Shown in pieces: positions 26,321 to 35,824 of a DNA stretch of 64,000 bases (its first letter is position 1; each line of letters opens with the position of its first letter). The DNA is from Minisyncoccota bacterium (GTDB lineage Bacteria > Patescibacteriota > Minisyncoccia > Phycocordibacterales > UBA9973): positions 479,515-543,514 of the forward strand of contig JBAZVG010000001.1 in assembly GCA_041661005.1 (NCBI GenBank). Reading direction: 5' to 3'. The notes under the pieces are model-generated. The model saw only the letters and a program-made list of their open reading frames with translations, made no database searches and was not told the origin of the DNA. The position numbers and the translations under genes were made by a program.

Positions 26321-27871
26321 ATGAACAAACCAAAATATTTTCTATACGCGCGAAAGTCAACGGAAGATGACGACAAACAAGTCATGAGTATTGAAGCTCA
26401 ACTTTTTGAGCTTCGTGAATTCGCGCGTAAAGAAAATCTGCAAATTCTTGAGGAATTTACAGAATCAAAAAGCGCAAAGAAACCTGGTCGTGAAAAATTC
26501 AGCGTGATGATGGGTAAAATTGAAAGTATGGACGGTGTAGGTATTCTCGCTTGGCATCCGGATCGTTTAGCGAGAAATAGTATTGACGGTGGACGCATCA
26601 TTTACGCTGTGGACACTACCAAAATAGTTTCTTTACGCTTTCCAACATTTTGGTTTGAACCCACCCCGCAAGGGCTGTTTATGTTGCAAGTGGCGTTCGG
26701 GCAATCCAAGTATTATTCCGACAACCTCAAGCAAAATGTTGAGCGAGGAATCCGCCAAAAATTAAGACGTGGCGAATGGCTAGCCTTGGCTCCTCGTGGC
26801 TTTGTGAATAATCCAAAAACAAAAAATATTGAACCCGATCCGGTGGTGGCAAGAATAATTGTGCAAGCATATAAAGAATTCGCCACGGGAAAACATAATT
26901 TTCCAACGCTTTCAAAATTTTTGGCGGATTTAGGCATGGTCGGAAAAAATGGAACGCCACTTTACAAATCTGCCGTCAGTAATTTGCTTTCCAATAAAGC
27001 ATACATCGGTTTGGTAAAGCATAAAAATGAATGGCATGCCGGCAGTTTTACGCCAATTATTTCTCCCGATTTATTTGAAGCCGTGCAGAAACGTTTGAAA
27101 GAACGAGCAAGGCCTCGCAAAACAAAAGTTGGACACAATTTTCCTTTTACTGGACTTTTTCGTTGTGGTGAATGTAATTGTATGATTTCAGCACAATGGG
27201 CGAAAGGTCGCGGAGGTTTGTACCGGTATTATCGCTGTACGAAAAAAGCAGGAGAAAATTGTTCACAAGGATATTTGCAAGAAAAATTGCTCGTCTCTCA
27301 AGTAAAGGAACGACTTCAACAAATCGCACTTCCCGACGAATGGACCAACTGGATGCTGAAACAAACTGACACATGGGAAAAAGAAGAAAAGTTTTCGTCG
27401 GGAAGTAATCTCGGACAAATCAAAGACGATGAGCAAGTAATACAGCAAAAGCTCGACGATTTAATTACGCTTTATCTCGATGGCGATATTCCGAAAGAAA
27501 ATTATCTCGCCAAAAAGGACGAGCTTTTGCTGAAAAAAGTCTCGCTCACGAAAAAAATTGATTCTGCCCGACACGAGAGAAATAATTGGGTCGAACCCTT
27601 GCGGGAATGGATTTTAGATATGAAAAAAGGTGCCGAATTGGTTTCGTCTTCCGATTTTTACGAAATTCGTGATTATTTGAAAAAAATCGGAACGAACCCT
27701 CGGATGCACGACAAATCCGTCTCTGTCTCATTTTGCCCACCCACCGAATTCGCATTTGCGGAGAAGACGGGTTCGAAATTCGCCCACCCCCTTTCCATTA
27801 TTGCGCGCAAGCGCGCGACCGATTTTTTCGCTGAAGTTTCGTCTTGTCCGCCTGCTACGATTCGAACGTAG
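26321..27871 (+). CDS. large serine recombinase (site-specific integrase/invertase)
   Basis: N-terminal resolvase catalytic domain YARKSTEDDDKQVMSIEAQ, recombinase domain, zinc ribbon CGECNC..YYRC and coiled coil; 516 aa; the 3' end overlaps tRNA-Ile. Confidence 0.7.
   Translation: MNKPKYFLYARKSTEDDDKQVMSIEAQLFELREFARKENLQILEEFTESKSAKKPGREKFSVMMGKIESMDGVGILAWHPDRLARNSIDGGRIIYAVDTTKIVSLRFPTFWFEPTPQGLFMLQVAFGQSKYYSDNLKQNVERGIRQKLRRGEWLALAPRGFVNNPKTKNIEPDPVVARIIVQAYKEFATGKHNFPTLSKFLADLGMVGKNGTPLYKSAVSNLLSNKAYIGLVKHKNEWHAGSFTPIISPDLFEAVQKRLKERARPRKTKVGHNFPFTGLFRCGECNCMISAQWAKGRGGLYRYYRCTKKAGENCSQGYLQEKLLVSQVKERLQQIALPDEWTNWMLKQTDTWEKEEKFSSGSNLGQIKDDEQVIQQKLDDLITLYLDGDIPKENYLAKKDELLLKKVSLTKKIDSARHERNNWVEPLREWILDMKKGAELVSSSDFYEIRDYLKKIGTNPRMHDKSVSVSFCPPTEFAFAEKTGSKFAHPLSIIARKRATDFFAEVSSCPPATIRT
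27735..27835. repeat. inverted repeat copy (partner of 26165-26265); encodes the C-terminus of the recombinase
   Basis: See the partner repeat at 26165-26265. Confidence 0.65.
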
Positions 27872-27920
27872 GACCCTCTAGGTATAAGCTAGATGCTCTA
27901 ACCAACTGAGCTACAGGCGG
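27847..27920 (-). tRNA. tRNA-Ile(UAU)
   Basis: Reverse complement CCGCCTG-TA-GCTC-AGTTGGTTA-GAGC-A-TCTAG-CTTATAC-CTAGA-GGGTC-CTACG-TTCGAAT-CGTAG-CAGGCGG-A; Ile-type D-arm; anticodon TAT. Confidence 0.65.
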
Positions 27921-27954
27921 ATAACTAACAATAATAACTATAAGCAAAACAAGG

Positions 27955-28635
27955 TTAAAATGCAATTTTGTGCTCATGTAATAAAACATCTTGTATGTAC
28001 TGTATACCCATCAGAACTTGAGCAGAAACAAGACCATCTTCGACGATAACTGAACACGTCCCTTGTCCAAAACCGTTAGTATAGGTAATAGAAGATAAAG
28101 TGGTTTTCTTAATATAAGGCTTTCTAAATTGCGAAATTGGAATATTGAGTGTTTTGGACCAAAAATTTATTTGCTTTTTAATATTCATATCTGAATACAG
28201 ATGTAAGTGAACTTTGAGTTTTGATCTAGGAACTCCAAAGAATTTCAGCCAACGAATAAATAAAATTAGCATCTTGGGATTTGTATTGGTGAGTGCAGTT
28301 GAAAAAGTTTTTGTTTTTGAACCCTCAGCCCAATATAAAAATAGTCCTGCAATTAAAAACTCTCTTTCAGAAATTTTACCAATTCTTTTTGCAATATTTT
28401 GATATGCAGTTTTATTTTTTGCCTCACGTTTTGCCCGCATAGTATTTCTATACTTTTCAATGCGAATAGGACTAAAATCTCTTAGTTCTCTGATTCTTTT
28501 CTCGGAAAGAGGCATATTATAAAGCCAGCCACTTAGGGTGCTCTTGCTTATACCAAGCTTTTCTTTGATTTGACTATAGCTCATTCCCTTTTGCCGCATA
28601 GCTAGTGCCTTTTGCTTATCTTCTTTTCTTGCCAT
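27955..28635 (-). CDS. HTH-domain protein with LAGLIDADG-like C-terminal region
   Basis: MSYSQIKEKLGISKSTLSGWL resolvase-type HTH; REFLIAGLFLYWAEGSK resembles a degenerate LAGLIDADG motif. Confidence 0.3.
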   Translation of the reverse strand: MARKEDKQKALAMRQKGMSYSQIKEKLGISKSTLSGWLYNMPLSEKRIRELRDFSPIRIEKYRNTMRAKREAKNKTAYQNIAKRIGKISEREFLIAGLFLYWAEGSKTKTFSTALTNTNPKMLILFIRWLKFFGVPRSKLKVHLHLYSDMNIKKQINFWSKTLNIPISQFRKPYIKKTTLSSITYTNGFGQGTCSVIVEDGLVSAQVLMGIQYIQDVLLHEHKIAF

Positions 28636-28854
28636 TCTTTATTTATATATGTGAACCTACGAATAATGATTACTGGTATAGTATACCATAGTTCATTTAT
28701 AGTAGTAAATGCTAGGCTTCCCTTCGGACAAACAAAGACACAATCGCTTTTTTGTCTCGTGAAAATATTGGAGCTAGAATTATGTTCGATTAGTCTTTGT
28801 TGAGCAATTTTCGCGGTATAACCAAAGCTATAACAAAATAAGGTCAAAAGGCAA

Positions 28855-29076
28855 TTAAGCCAATTTCTTGAGTTCTTCTTCATGTTTCTTCATCACTTCC
28901 ATACTCGCATCCATCTCGCTCATTCCCCCTTTTACTTTCTCTTGCACTTCTTTTGCAATAGTTTGAAAAAGCTCGGGATTTTTCTCGATCATTTTCACAA
29001 ACATATCTATCTGCGCCTCAGGCACGCCCTTCCCCCGCAACATTTTTTTAAGCAAAAAATTTTGAAACATATCCAA
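28855..29076 (-). CDS. small hypothetical protein
   Basis: 73 aa ORF; its 3' end is partially duplicated at 29321-29360. Confidence 0.3.
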   Translation of the reverse strand: MDMFQNFLLKKMLRGKGVPEAQIDMFVKMIEKNPELFQTIAKEVQEKVKGGMSEMDASMEVMKKHEEELKKLA

Positions 29077-29088
29077 AAATATAACAGT

Positions 29089-29313
29089 TTAATCTTCGAT
29101 AATCAATAACTTGCTGGGGTGGTGGTGTCCGTTCACGATACGGACTTTGCTTTTGGAAACTTTAAAATGACTTGCCACCATCTCTAGAACGCGAGTATTT
29201 GCCATATTCCGCTCAGCTTTTTCTTTTACTGAAATTTCAAAATGATCTGAAGATTTTTGCTTGAAAGACTCCCTTTTCACTCCTGCTGTAACTTTTATAT
29301 GAATATAGAACAT
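29089..29313 (-). CDS. DUF167 (YggU-like) protein
   Basis: IKVTAGVKRESFKQ...HFEISVKEKAERNMANTRVLEMVASHFKVSKSKVRIVNGHHHPSK matches the UPF0235 pattern. Confidence 0.5.
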   Translation of the reverse strand: MFYIHIKVTAGVKRESFKQKSSDHFEISVKEKAERNMANTRVLEMVASHFKVSKSKVRIVNGHHHPSKLLIIED

Positions 29314-29439
29314 TTAATTACACCAACTTCTTAAACTCCCTTTCATGTTTCTTCATCATTTGTATGCTGGCAAGAGTATATCATATTTTTTCTCCATTTC
29401 CACAAAACAAAATAGAGGGCCTCCGCGTTGGAAGACCCC

Positions 29440-29901
29440 CTATAAAATCAGATGACCGAAGAAGTACCCGAGGAGCATGCACACCAGGTATATCACTAAA
29501 GTCCACACCACGATGATGCGCATGAATTTCGGAAGTGACATTTTCGTCATGCCAGCTACGATGATTACCGGTTTTGATCCGACAAGAACCTTTGATGCGA
29601 CAATTGCTCTAGGGAGATTTTTGTTCCATTCACCTTTAAACTGACCAATTCTGTCGCGCCAACTCTTTCTGATGAAGAAACTACACACCCTGTTTCCGAC
29701 ACGCCCGACAAAATAGTAGAACATGTCGCCTAAAACTCCCATCGTGACAAATATGCTATATGCCACAATTGGATTGACGTAACCTTGAGCTACAAAGGCT
29801 CCGACGGCTATTGCCGTGAGCCGACCCTCAATCACAGAAAACGTGATTATGGTCCAGTAAGGATGGGCTTTTATGCCCTCCAACAGACTAATATAATCCA
29901 C
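29440..29901 (-). CDS. DedA/SNARE-associated-family membrane protein
   Basis: Multiple TM helices and a YYFVGRVGNR-type motif. Confidence 0.4.
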   Translation of the reverse strand: MDYISLLEGIKAHPYWTIITFSVIEGRLTAIAVGAFVAQGYVNPIVAYSIFVTMGVLGDMFYYFVGRVGNRVCSFFIRKSWRDRIGQFKGEWNKNLPRAIVASKVLVGSKPVIIVAGMTKMSLPKFMRIIVVWTLVIYLVCMLLGYFFGHLIL

Positions 29902-29975
29902 AAATTCCTTTCGTTTCGCTTGGTTTGGGTACTGATCACAAGGAGTTTAGCATAGTTTGTGCTAAAATTATAACC

Positions 29976-30623
29976 ATGGCAAAAAAATTAATATATTTTG
30001 TGCGACATGGAGAAACGGAAAATAATGCCAAAAATATCAGACAGGGGTCGGAAGGTCCCCTGAGTGAGAAAGGCAGAGCTCAAGCGCTAGAAACAGCAAA
30101 AAGATTTCCTAAAAATAAAGGATGCCCGCAAGCCATAATCGCGAGCCCGTATGAACGCACCAAGGAAACTGCCGGAATTATAGGAAAAGAGCTCAATATG
30201 AATGTGGAATATTCCGATCTTCTAATGGAGAGGAGGAATCCGACAGACATAATCGGTCACGAAGGAAAAGAAAGGAATGTGAGACAAATCGTAGATTATA
30301 TCGATAACAGCTTCCATGATGACAACTTGCGATACGCGGATGAAGAGAATTTTGTCGATCTAAAAGAGCGGGCAAAAAAATTGTTAGCCTATATCTTGGA
30401 AAGACCGGAAGAAAGAATGATAATGGTAACACATAAAATATTTTTAAGAATGGTAGTTTCCTATATGCTCCTCGGAGAAAAACTCACCGCTTCAGAATAC
30501 AATAATCTGAGCTACTTAAACCCGATAAACAATGCCAGCATGGCTATCTGTTCATGCACCACTCACTTCTTCAAAGAGCCGGAGTGGAAACTCTTGATTT
30601 GGAATGATCTTGAAGAAAAATAG
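29976..30623 (+). CDS. histidine phosphatase family protein
   Basis: YFVRHGETENN motif; start taken at MAKKL. Confidence 0.6.
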   Translation: MAKKLIYFVRHGETENNAKNIRQGSEGPLSEKGRAQALETAKRFPKNKGCPQAIIASPYERTKETAGIIGKELNMNVEYSDLLMERRNPTDIIGHEGKERNVRQIVDYIDNSFHDDNLRYADEENFVDLKERAKKLLAYILERPEERMIMVTHKIFLRMVVSYMLLGEKLTASEYNNLSYLNPINNASMAICSCTTHFFKEPEWKLLIWNDLEEK

Positions 30624-30627
30624 TTTT

Positions 30628-31596
30628 CTATTCACTTATCCCACACTTTGCTTTGAGTGCATCTAGATCTGTTTTTGTTAGATTAACGCTTGTGCCTTGA
30701 TTTAGCTCATACATAATCGCTTTTGGATCATCCACATGTTCAAGGTCAAGAGCGTGACCCAATTCATGCGTGAGCACCCATATAAGATTGGATCTATTTC
30801 TAAATTCAAAAATATCTATTCCCTTACTTGATCCATCAGAATAATAAACCCCTTCGGTAAAAGATTCCCCGCGTGAAGCGCCGACTGTATTATATTTTTC
30901 GACAGAGAGATTGAGTGTGCCCACAAGGCGATTCAAGGCTACAACAAGCGCATTTATCTCTTCCACCATCTCACCCATTTTATTGTGTAAAGTTTGCAAT
31001 TGAGATGATTCTCTTTCCAAAACACTTTTCTCTACTTGAAGCTGTTCATATTCTTTTTTAGGCGCCCCGCCTCGCGCGTTCCAATATTCCACTTGTCCCT
31101 CATAAACTTTCTGTTTTTGATTAAAATCCTGCACGCGAGCATTGTAATCCACCCCCTCTACTTCAAGTTCCGCTTTTAACTCTGTAAATTTTATTTTCAG
31201 ACTGTCATATGAGGCCTGATTGTCTTTCATAGTAATTCCCAAACTCTCAAGTTTGTTCGTTGCCTGTTGGCGATAATCATAGACGAGATTGATCTTCAAA
31301 CTATCAACATTTTCGCTATCTTCTTCATATTCAAAGAGTTCTTTTCCCAAAGGCTTTTCCCACATTTTTTCAGCATCCAAGAGGGCGTTTAAAAAATATT
31401 CTCGTGAAATATTAAACCGCGTATCAAAATCGCCCAAAGTGTACATTATGGGCTCTGCGCAAGGAACCTGGGGAAAAATATATGATTCAACCATATACCA
31501 AAGTGGCATGAGTCCCCCGCGAAGCGGGAGGCGGAATTGATACGCCAAGGCTCCGAGGATGAGGAGAGGAAACAAAATTTTTAAAATTCTTTTCAT
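30628..31596 (-). CDS. secreted/membrane-anchored zinc metalloprotease (metzincin-like)
   Basis: Signal/anchor MKRILKILFPLLILGALA; coiled-coil middle region; VLTHELGHALDLEHVDD zinc-binding motif. Confidence 0.55.
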   Translation of the reverse strand: MKRILKILFPLLILGALAYQFRLPLRGGLMPLWYMVESYIFPQVPCAEPIMYTLGDFDTRFNISREYFLNALLDAEKMWEKPLGKELFEYEEDSENVDSLKINLVYDYRQQATNKLESLGITMKDNQASYDSLKIKFTELKAELEVEGVDYNARVQDFNQKQKVYEGQVEYWNARGGAPKKEYEQLQVEKSVLERESSQLQTLHNKMGEMVEEINALVVALNRLVGTLNLSVEKYNTVGASRGESFTEGVYYSDGSSKGIDIFEFRNRSNLIWVLTHELGHALDLEHVDDPKAIMYELNQGTSVNLTKTDLDALKAKCGISE

Positions 31597-31662
31597 ACTC
31601 ACAAATGATACTATAGAAAAAGGCAATTTGCATTTTGGTCTTTATTGTGCGATAATAGCTTT

Positions 31663-31896
31663 ATGAGTTCAGTAGTGCAAATTCTACCATATATAGAGAT
31701 AATCCTTTCAGTAATATTGGTGACAGCAATTTTGCTTCAACAGTCTAGCGCCGGAGTAGGAGGGGCTTTGGGTGGAAACGACAGCGGGGGGTTTCATCAC
31801 ACTCGCCGGGGTTTTGAGAAATTTCTCTTTTATTTATCTATCGTCTGTGGAGTTCTCTTTGCTTTATTTGCATTGCTAAGTATAATTAGTAAGTGA
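31663..31896 (+). CDS. secG: preprotein translocase subunit SecG
   Basis: Two TM helices flanking the Gly-rich loop LLQQSSAGVGGALGGNDSGG. Confidence 0.55.
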   Translation: MSSVVQILPYIEIILSVILVTAILLQQSSAGVGGALGGNDSGGFHHTRRGFEKFLFYLSIVCGVLFALFALLSIISK

Positions 31897-32016
31897 GAAA
31901 GGAATGACAAGCTCGCTTCACTATCCTAGAGTGAACAAGCTGATTATGTTACAATCCAGCTATATAATGACAGAGGCTAATAGCTAGTTTTTGATCTCAC
32001 TCTAGACAATTACCGT

Positions 32017-33744
32017 ATGCGTAATTTTAAATTACCTTCAAAAGCACAAATCAATACAGTTTTTCATTCTTTCTCTCAAAAAGAGCGAACAGTTTTCGTG
32101 ATACTTTTATTGATACTGCTCTTAAGTACAATATCCATACTCCAAAGTATCAATACATCTCTCATGGTACAAGTACCCCTAAAAGGAGGCTCTGTCTCCG
32201 AAGGTATTGTCGGAGTTCCACGTTTTATAAACCCAGTACTTGCAAATTCTCAAGCTGATCTAGATCTAATCTCACTCATTTATTCCGGTCTTATGAGAAA
32301 AGACAGCAACGGAAATTTAATTCTAGATTTGGCAGAAAAATATGAAAGATCAGAGAATGGCTTGATTTACACTTTTACCTTGAAAAACAATTTATACTTC
32401 CATGATGGGAAACCCCTCACTGCGGACGATGTCCTGTTCACCGTAAACAAAGTCAAAGACGGGGTCATCGAGAGTCCACACAAAATACATTGGGATGGTG
32501 TGACTGTCGAAAAGATAGATCAAAAGACCGTTAAATTTATTTTAAAACAACCCTATGCTTCATTCTTAAAAAATACCACGCTTGGAATAATGCCCGCACA
32601 TTTATGGGACAACACTCCCCTCGAACTCAATGACACAAACACAAACCCTATCGGATCAGGACCTTACAAAGTAAGTTCAGTGAGCAAGCAATCGTCAGGA
32701 ATAATAGACTACTTCGAGCTCGTGCCATTTGAAGAATTTACATTGGGTGAACCGTATATTGAAAAAATAAATTTACATTTTTACCAAAATGAAGACGATC
32801 TCGTCAAAGCCCTCGGAGATAAAAAGGTAGATCAGATAAGCTCTATTACCCCACTAAATGCGGAGACTTTAAAAGAAAAAAACTACCAAATTGAATCCTC
32901 AGTGCTTCCCAGAATATTCGGACTTTTTTTCAATCAAAACCAGAACCAGCTTTTTGTGGATAAAAATATAGTCAAAGCTATTGGAGAGGTTATAGACAAA
33001 GATAGGATCGTCAAAGAAGTGCTTTTAGGATACGGAACTGCAATTGATAGCCCAATACCGCCAAATATGATGGAATACAAAAAAACAGTGAGCAATAGTC
33101 TCTCACGCCAAGAGTTACTGCAAAAAGTGAAAAATGACTTGTCAAAAGACGGATGGAAGGCTGGCGCAGATGGATTTTTAGAAAAGACAACCACAGATAA
33201 AAAAAAGAAAACAACGATAAAATTGGAATTCTCCTTATCAACGAGCAACATCGGAGAACTTTCGAAAACAGCTGAATTGATAAAACAAGATTTGGCGGAT
33301 GTCGGCATAAAAGTTGAGATAAAAACTTTTGAAACCGGGAATCTGAGTCAGAATGTGATTCGCCCGCGTAAATATGACACTCTTTTGTTTGGAGAGATAA
33401 TCAATCACGAATCTGATCTCTTTGCTTTTTGGCACTCTTCGCAGAGAAAAGACCCAGGGCTCAACATCGCCATGTATACCAATGCAAAAGTAGATAAAAT
33501 TTTAGAAGACGCCTCTGTTACGATAGACGAAGAATCTCGAATCAAAAAATACACCCAATTTTCTGAAGAAATAAAAAAAGACATGCCAGCAATCTTTTTA
33601 TACAGCCCTGATTTCATATACACAGCATCGAAAAATCTTAAAAGTTTTAAAATGGATCAAATTATTTCATCTTCAGATCGTTATTTAAATGCATATTTAT
33701 GGTATGCTCGAACGGAAAACGTCTGGAAAATATTTGCTAAATAA
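32017..33744 (+). CDS. ABC transporter substrate-binding protein, family 5 (Opp/Dpp-like)
   Basis: N-terminal anchor; FTLKNNLYFHDGKPLTADDVLFT SBP_bac_5 signature; 575 aa. Confidence 0.6.
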   Translation: MRNFKLPSKAQINTVFHSFSQKERTVFVILLLILLLSTISILQSINTSLMVQVPLKGGSVSEGIVGVPRFINPVLANSQADLDLISLIYSGLMRKDSNGNLILDLAEKYERSENGLIYTFTLKNNLYFHDGKPLTADDVLFTVNKVKDGVIESPHKIHWDGVTVEKIDQKTVKFILKQPYASFLKNTTLGIMPAHLWDNTPLELNDTNTNPIGSGPYKVSSVSKQSSGIIDYFELVPFEEFTLGEPYIEKINLHFYQNEDDLVKALGDKKVDQISSITPLNAETLKEKNYQIESSVLPRIFGLFFNQNQNQLFVDKNIVKAIGEVIDKDRIVKEVLLGYGTAIDSPIPPNMMEYKKTVSNSLSRQELLQKVKNDLSKDGWKAGADGFLEKTTTDKKKKTTIKLEFSLSTSNIGELSKTAELIKQDLADVGIKVEIKTFETGNLSQNVIRPRKYDTLLFGEIINHESDLFAFWHSSQRKDPGLNIAMYTNAKVDKILEDASVTIDEESRIKKYTQFSEEIKKDMPAIFLYSPDFIYTASKNLKSFKMDQIISSSDRYLNAYLWYARTENVWKIFAK

Positions 33745-33810
33745 TTATCATTAACTCCAACCTAAAATTGGATTCCCGATCAAAAACATCGGAGCGAGAA
33801 AATAAATAAA

Positions 33811-35814
33811 ATGACAAAGAGACATAGACTATCTTTCAGCGCCATAAGTGTTGACAGTAAAACCAAAGAACAGAAGACTCCTCTAAATCCAGCGCACTCT
33901 GGCGCTAGCGAATCTGCGAGGGCAAATGTTCAATCAAACACGGAACACAAACCACTTGATCGAAAAAAATTGATAAAGAGCTCAACTTATCAGTATTCCA
34001 AAAAAAGATTCGGGTCAGGAGGAAAATCCTCCAGATTCAGCGTAAAAAACCAATTCAAATCGGACACTAAATCAAGTGTGAAAATCCCCTCACCGGAAAA
34101 AGGAGTAATTCGCGTTATCCCGCTTGGGGGCGTGGAAGAAATTGGTAAAAATATGACAGCCATCGAAATCGGAGAGGACATCATCGTCATTGACGCTGGT
34201 ATGCACTTCTCGACTGAAGCGACCCCCGGGGTTGATTATGTTATCCCAAATACTACCTATCTTGAAGAAAGAAAAGACAAGATACGCGCGCTCATCATAA
34301 CTCATGGACATTTGGACCACATCGGAGGCGTGCCACTCGTGCTTTCGCGTATTGGGAATCCTCCCGTATATTCTAGAAAACTCTCTGTTTTGATGATGAG
34401 AAAGCGTCAAGCAGAGTTTCCGCACTTGCCGGCTATGAAAGAAAATATAGTTGAAAAAGATTCTGTCATCACCTGCGGGAAAATAAAAATCAGGTTCTTT
34501 GGTGTAACGCATACCATTCCTGATAGCATGGGCATAATCATAGAAACAGAAAATGGATGGATTGTTACTCCGGGAGATTATAAACTCGACCAAGTGGACG
34601 GAATTGTTTCAAAAGAAGAAGAGAAAGAATATTCAATTTTTGATAAAGCCAAAGTTCTTCTTTTAATGACTGATTCCACGAATATTGAAAATGAAGGCTT
34701 CTCCTTGCCTGAAATAAAAGTGCACCAGGGACTTGAGAATTTGATAAGAAAAGTGAGCGGTCGGATAATTATCGCCGCTTTTGCCTCGCACATCACTAGA
34801 TTGGCTTACGTGGTGAAATTTGCCGAGTCTATAGGTAAAAAAATAGCAATCGATGGACGTTCGATGAAAACAAACATTGACGTAGCGATAGAAGCCGGGC
34901 TGTTTGAACCAAAAAAAGGAACAATCATACCGATAGAAGAAGCAAATAATTATCCACCTAATAAGATCGTAGTTCTCATGACAGGAGCGCAAGGAGAAGA
35001 ATTTGCTTCGCTTAATCGTGTAGCTAACAAAACCCACACAAAATTTTCTCTCCAGAAAGGCGACACTATCATCCTCTCTGCTTCCATCGTCCCGGGCAAT
35101 GAAAGAGCAGTAGAAAAAATGAAGGATGGTTTGACCAGACAAGGCGTACGCATCATTAGTTACCGCACAGCTGGTGAGGATTTTGTTCATGCGACAGGAC
35201 ACGGGAATATTGAAGATGTAAAATGGCTACACAGAAAAACACATCCAAAATTCTTTATCCCAATACATGGCAACCATTACCGCTTGGTGCTTCATAAAGA
35301 ACTCGCCATGGACATCGGAATGAGTGAAGAAAACATCGTCGTTCCAGACAATGGTTCAATTATTGAGATATCTGCCAATGGACAAAAGATATTGATGCGT
35401 AAAGAAAAAGCTCCGAGCGGAGCAATGATGGTGGACGGCACTTCTATCAGCGACACGCAAGACGTCGTCATCCGCGACCGTGTGATGCTCGCGCAAGATG
35501 GAATGTTTGTCATTATCGCGCTTATTGATCAAAAAACCGGAAAATTAAAAAAATCTCCTGACTTGATTTCTCGCGGATTTGTCTATCTAAAAGAAAACCA
35601 AGAACTCTTGCGTCAAGTGAGAATCATCATTAAGAAATCAGTGGAAGATACCGCTACAAAAAGACCCATCCATGGAACAAGTGGGTTAGATACTGGAAGC
35701 AGTCCAACAGACTTTGACCATATAAAAAGTAATTTAGGAGAAACAGTCTCAAAATTCTTATATCAGAAAACCGAAAAAAGGCCCCTGGTCATACCTGTAA
35801 TATTAAGCGTATAA
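33811..35814 (+). CDS. rnj: ribonuclease J
   Basis: MBL motif ITHGHLDHIGGVP, beta-CASP region, RNase J C-terminal domain; N-terminal S/K-rich extension of about 95 aa. Confidence 0.75.
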   Translation: MTKRHRLSFSAISVDSKTKEQKTPLNPAHSGASESARANVQSNTEHKPLDRKKLIKSSTYQYSKKRFGSGGKSSRFSVKNQFKSDTKSSVKIPSPEKGVIRVIPLGGVEEIGKNMTAIEIGEDIIVIDAGMHFSTEATPGVDYVIPNTTYLEERKDKIRALIITHGHLDHIGGVPLVLSRIGNPPVYSRKLSVLMMRKRQAEFPHLPAMKENIVEKDSVITCGKIKIRFFGVTHTIPDSMGIIIETENGWIVTPGDYKLDQVDGIVSKEEEKEYSIFDKAKVLLLMTDSTNIENEGFSLPEIKVHQGLENLIRKVSGRIIIAAFASHITRLAYVVKFAESIGKKIAIDGRSMKTNIDVAIEAGLFEPKKGTIIPIEEANNYPPNKIVVLMTGAQGEEFASLNRVANKTHTKFSLQKGDTIILSASIVPGNERAVEKMKDGLTRQGVRIISYRTAGEDFVHATGHGNIEDVKWLHRKTHPKFFIPIHGNHYRLVLHKELAMDIGMSEENIVVPDNGSIIEISANGQKILMRKEKAPSGAMMVDGTSISDTQDVVIRDRVMLAQDGMFVIIALIDQKTGKLKKSPDLISRGFVYLKENQELLRQVRIIIKKSVEDTATKRPIHGTSGLDTGSSPTDFDHIKSNLGETVSKFLYQKTEKRPLVIPVILSV

Positions 35815-35824
35815 AATAACAAAA

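Noticed and set aside
28602-28883. Overlapping small ORFs 28602-28883 (-) and 28612-28803 (+)
   Set aside because: They are mutually exclusive low-complexity frames in an intergenic AT-rich stretch with no motif.
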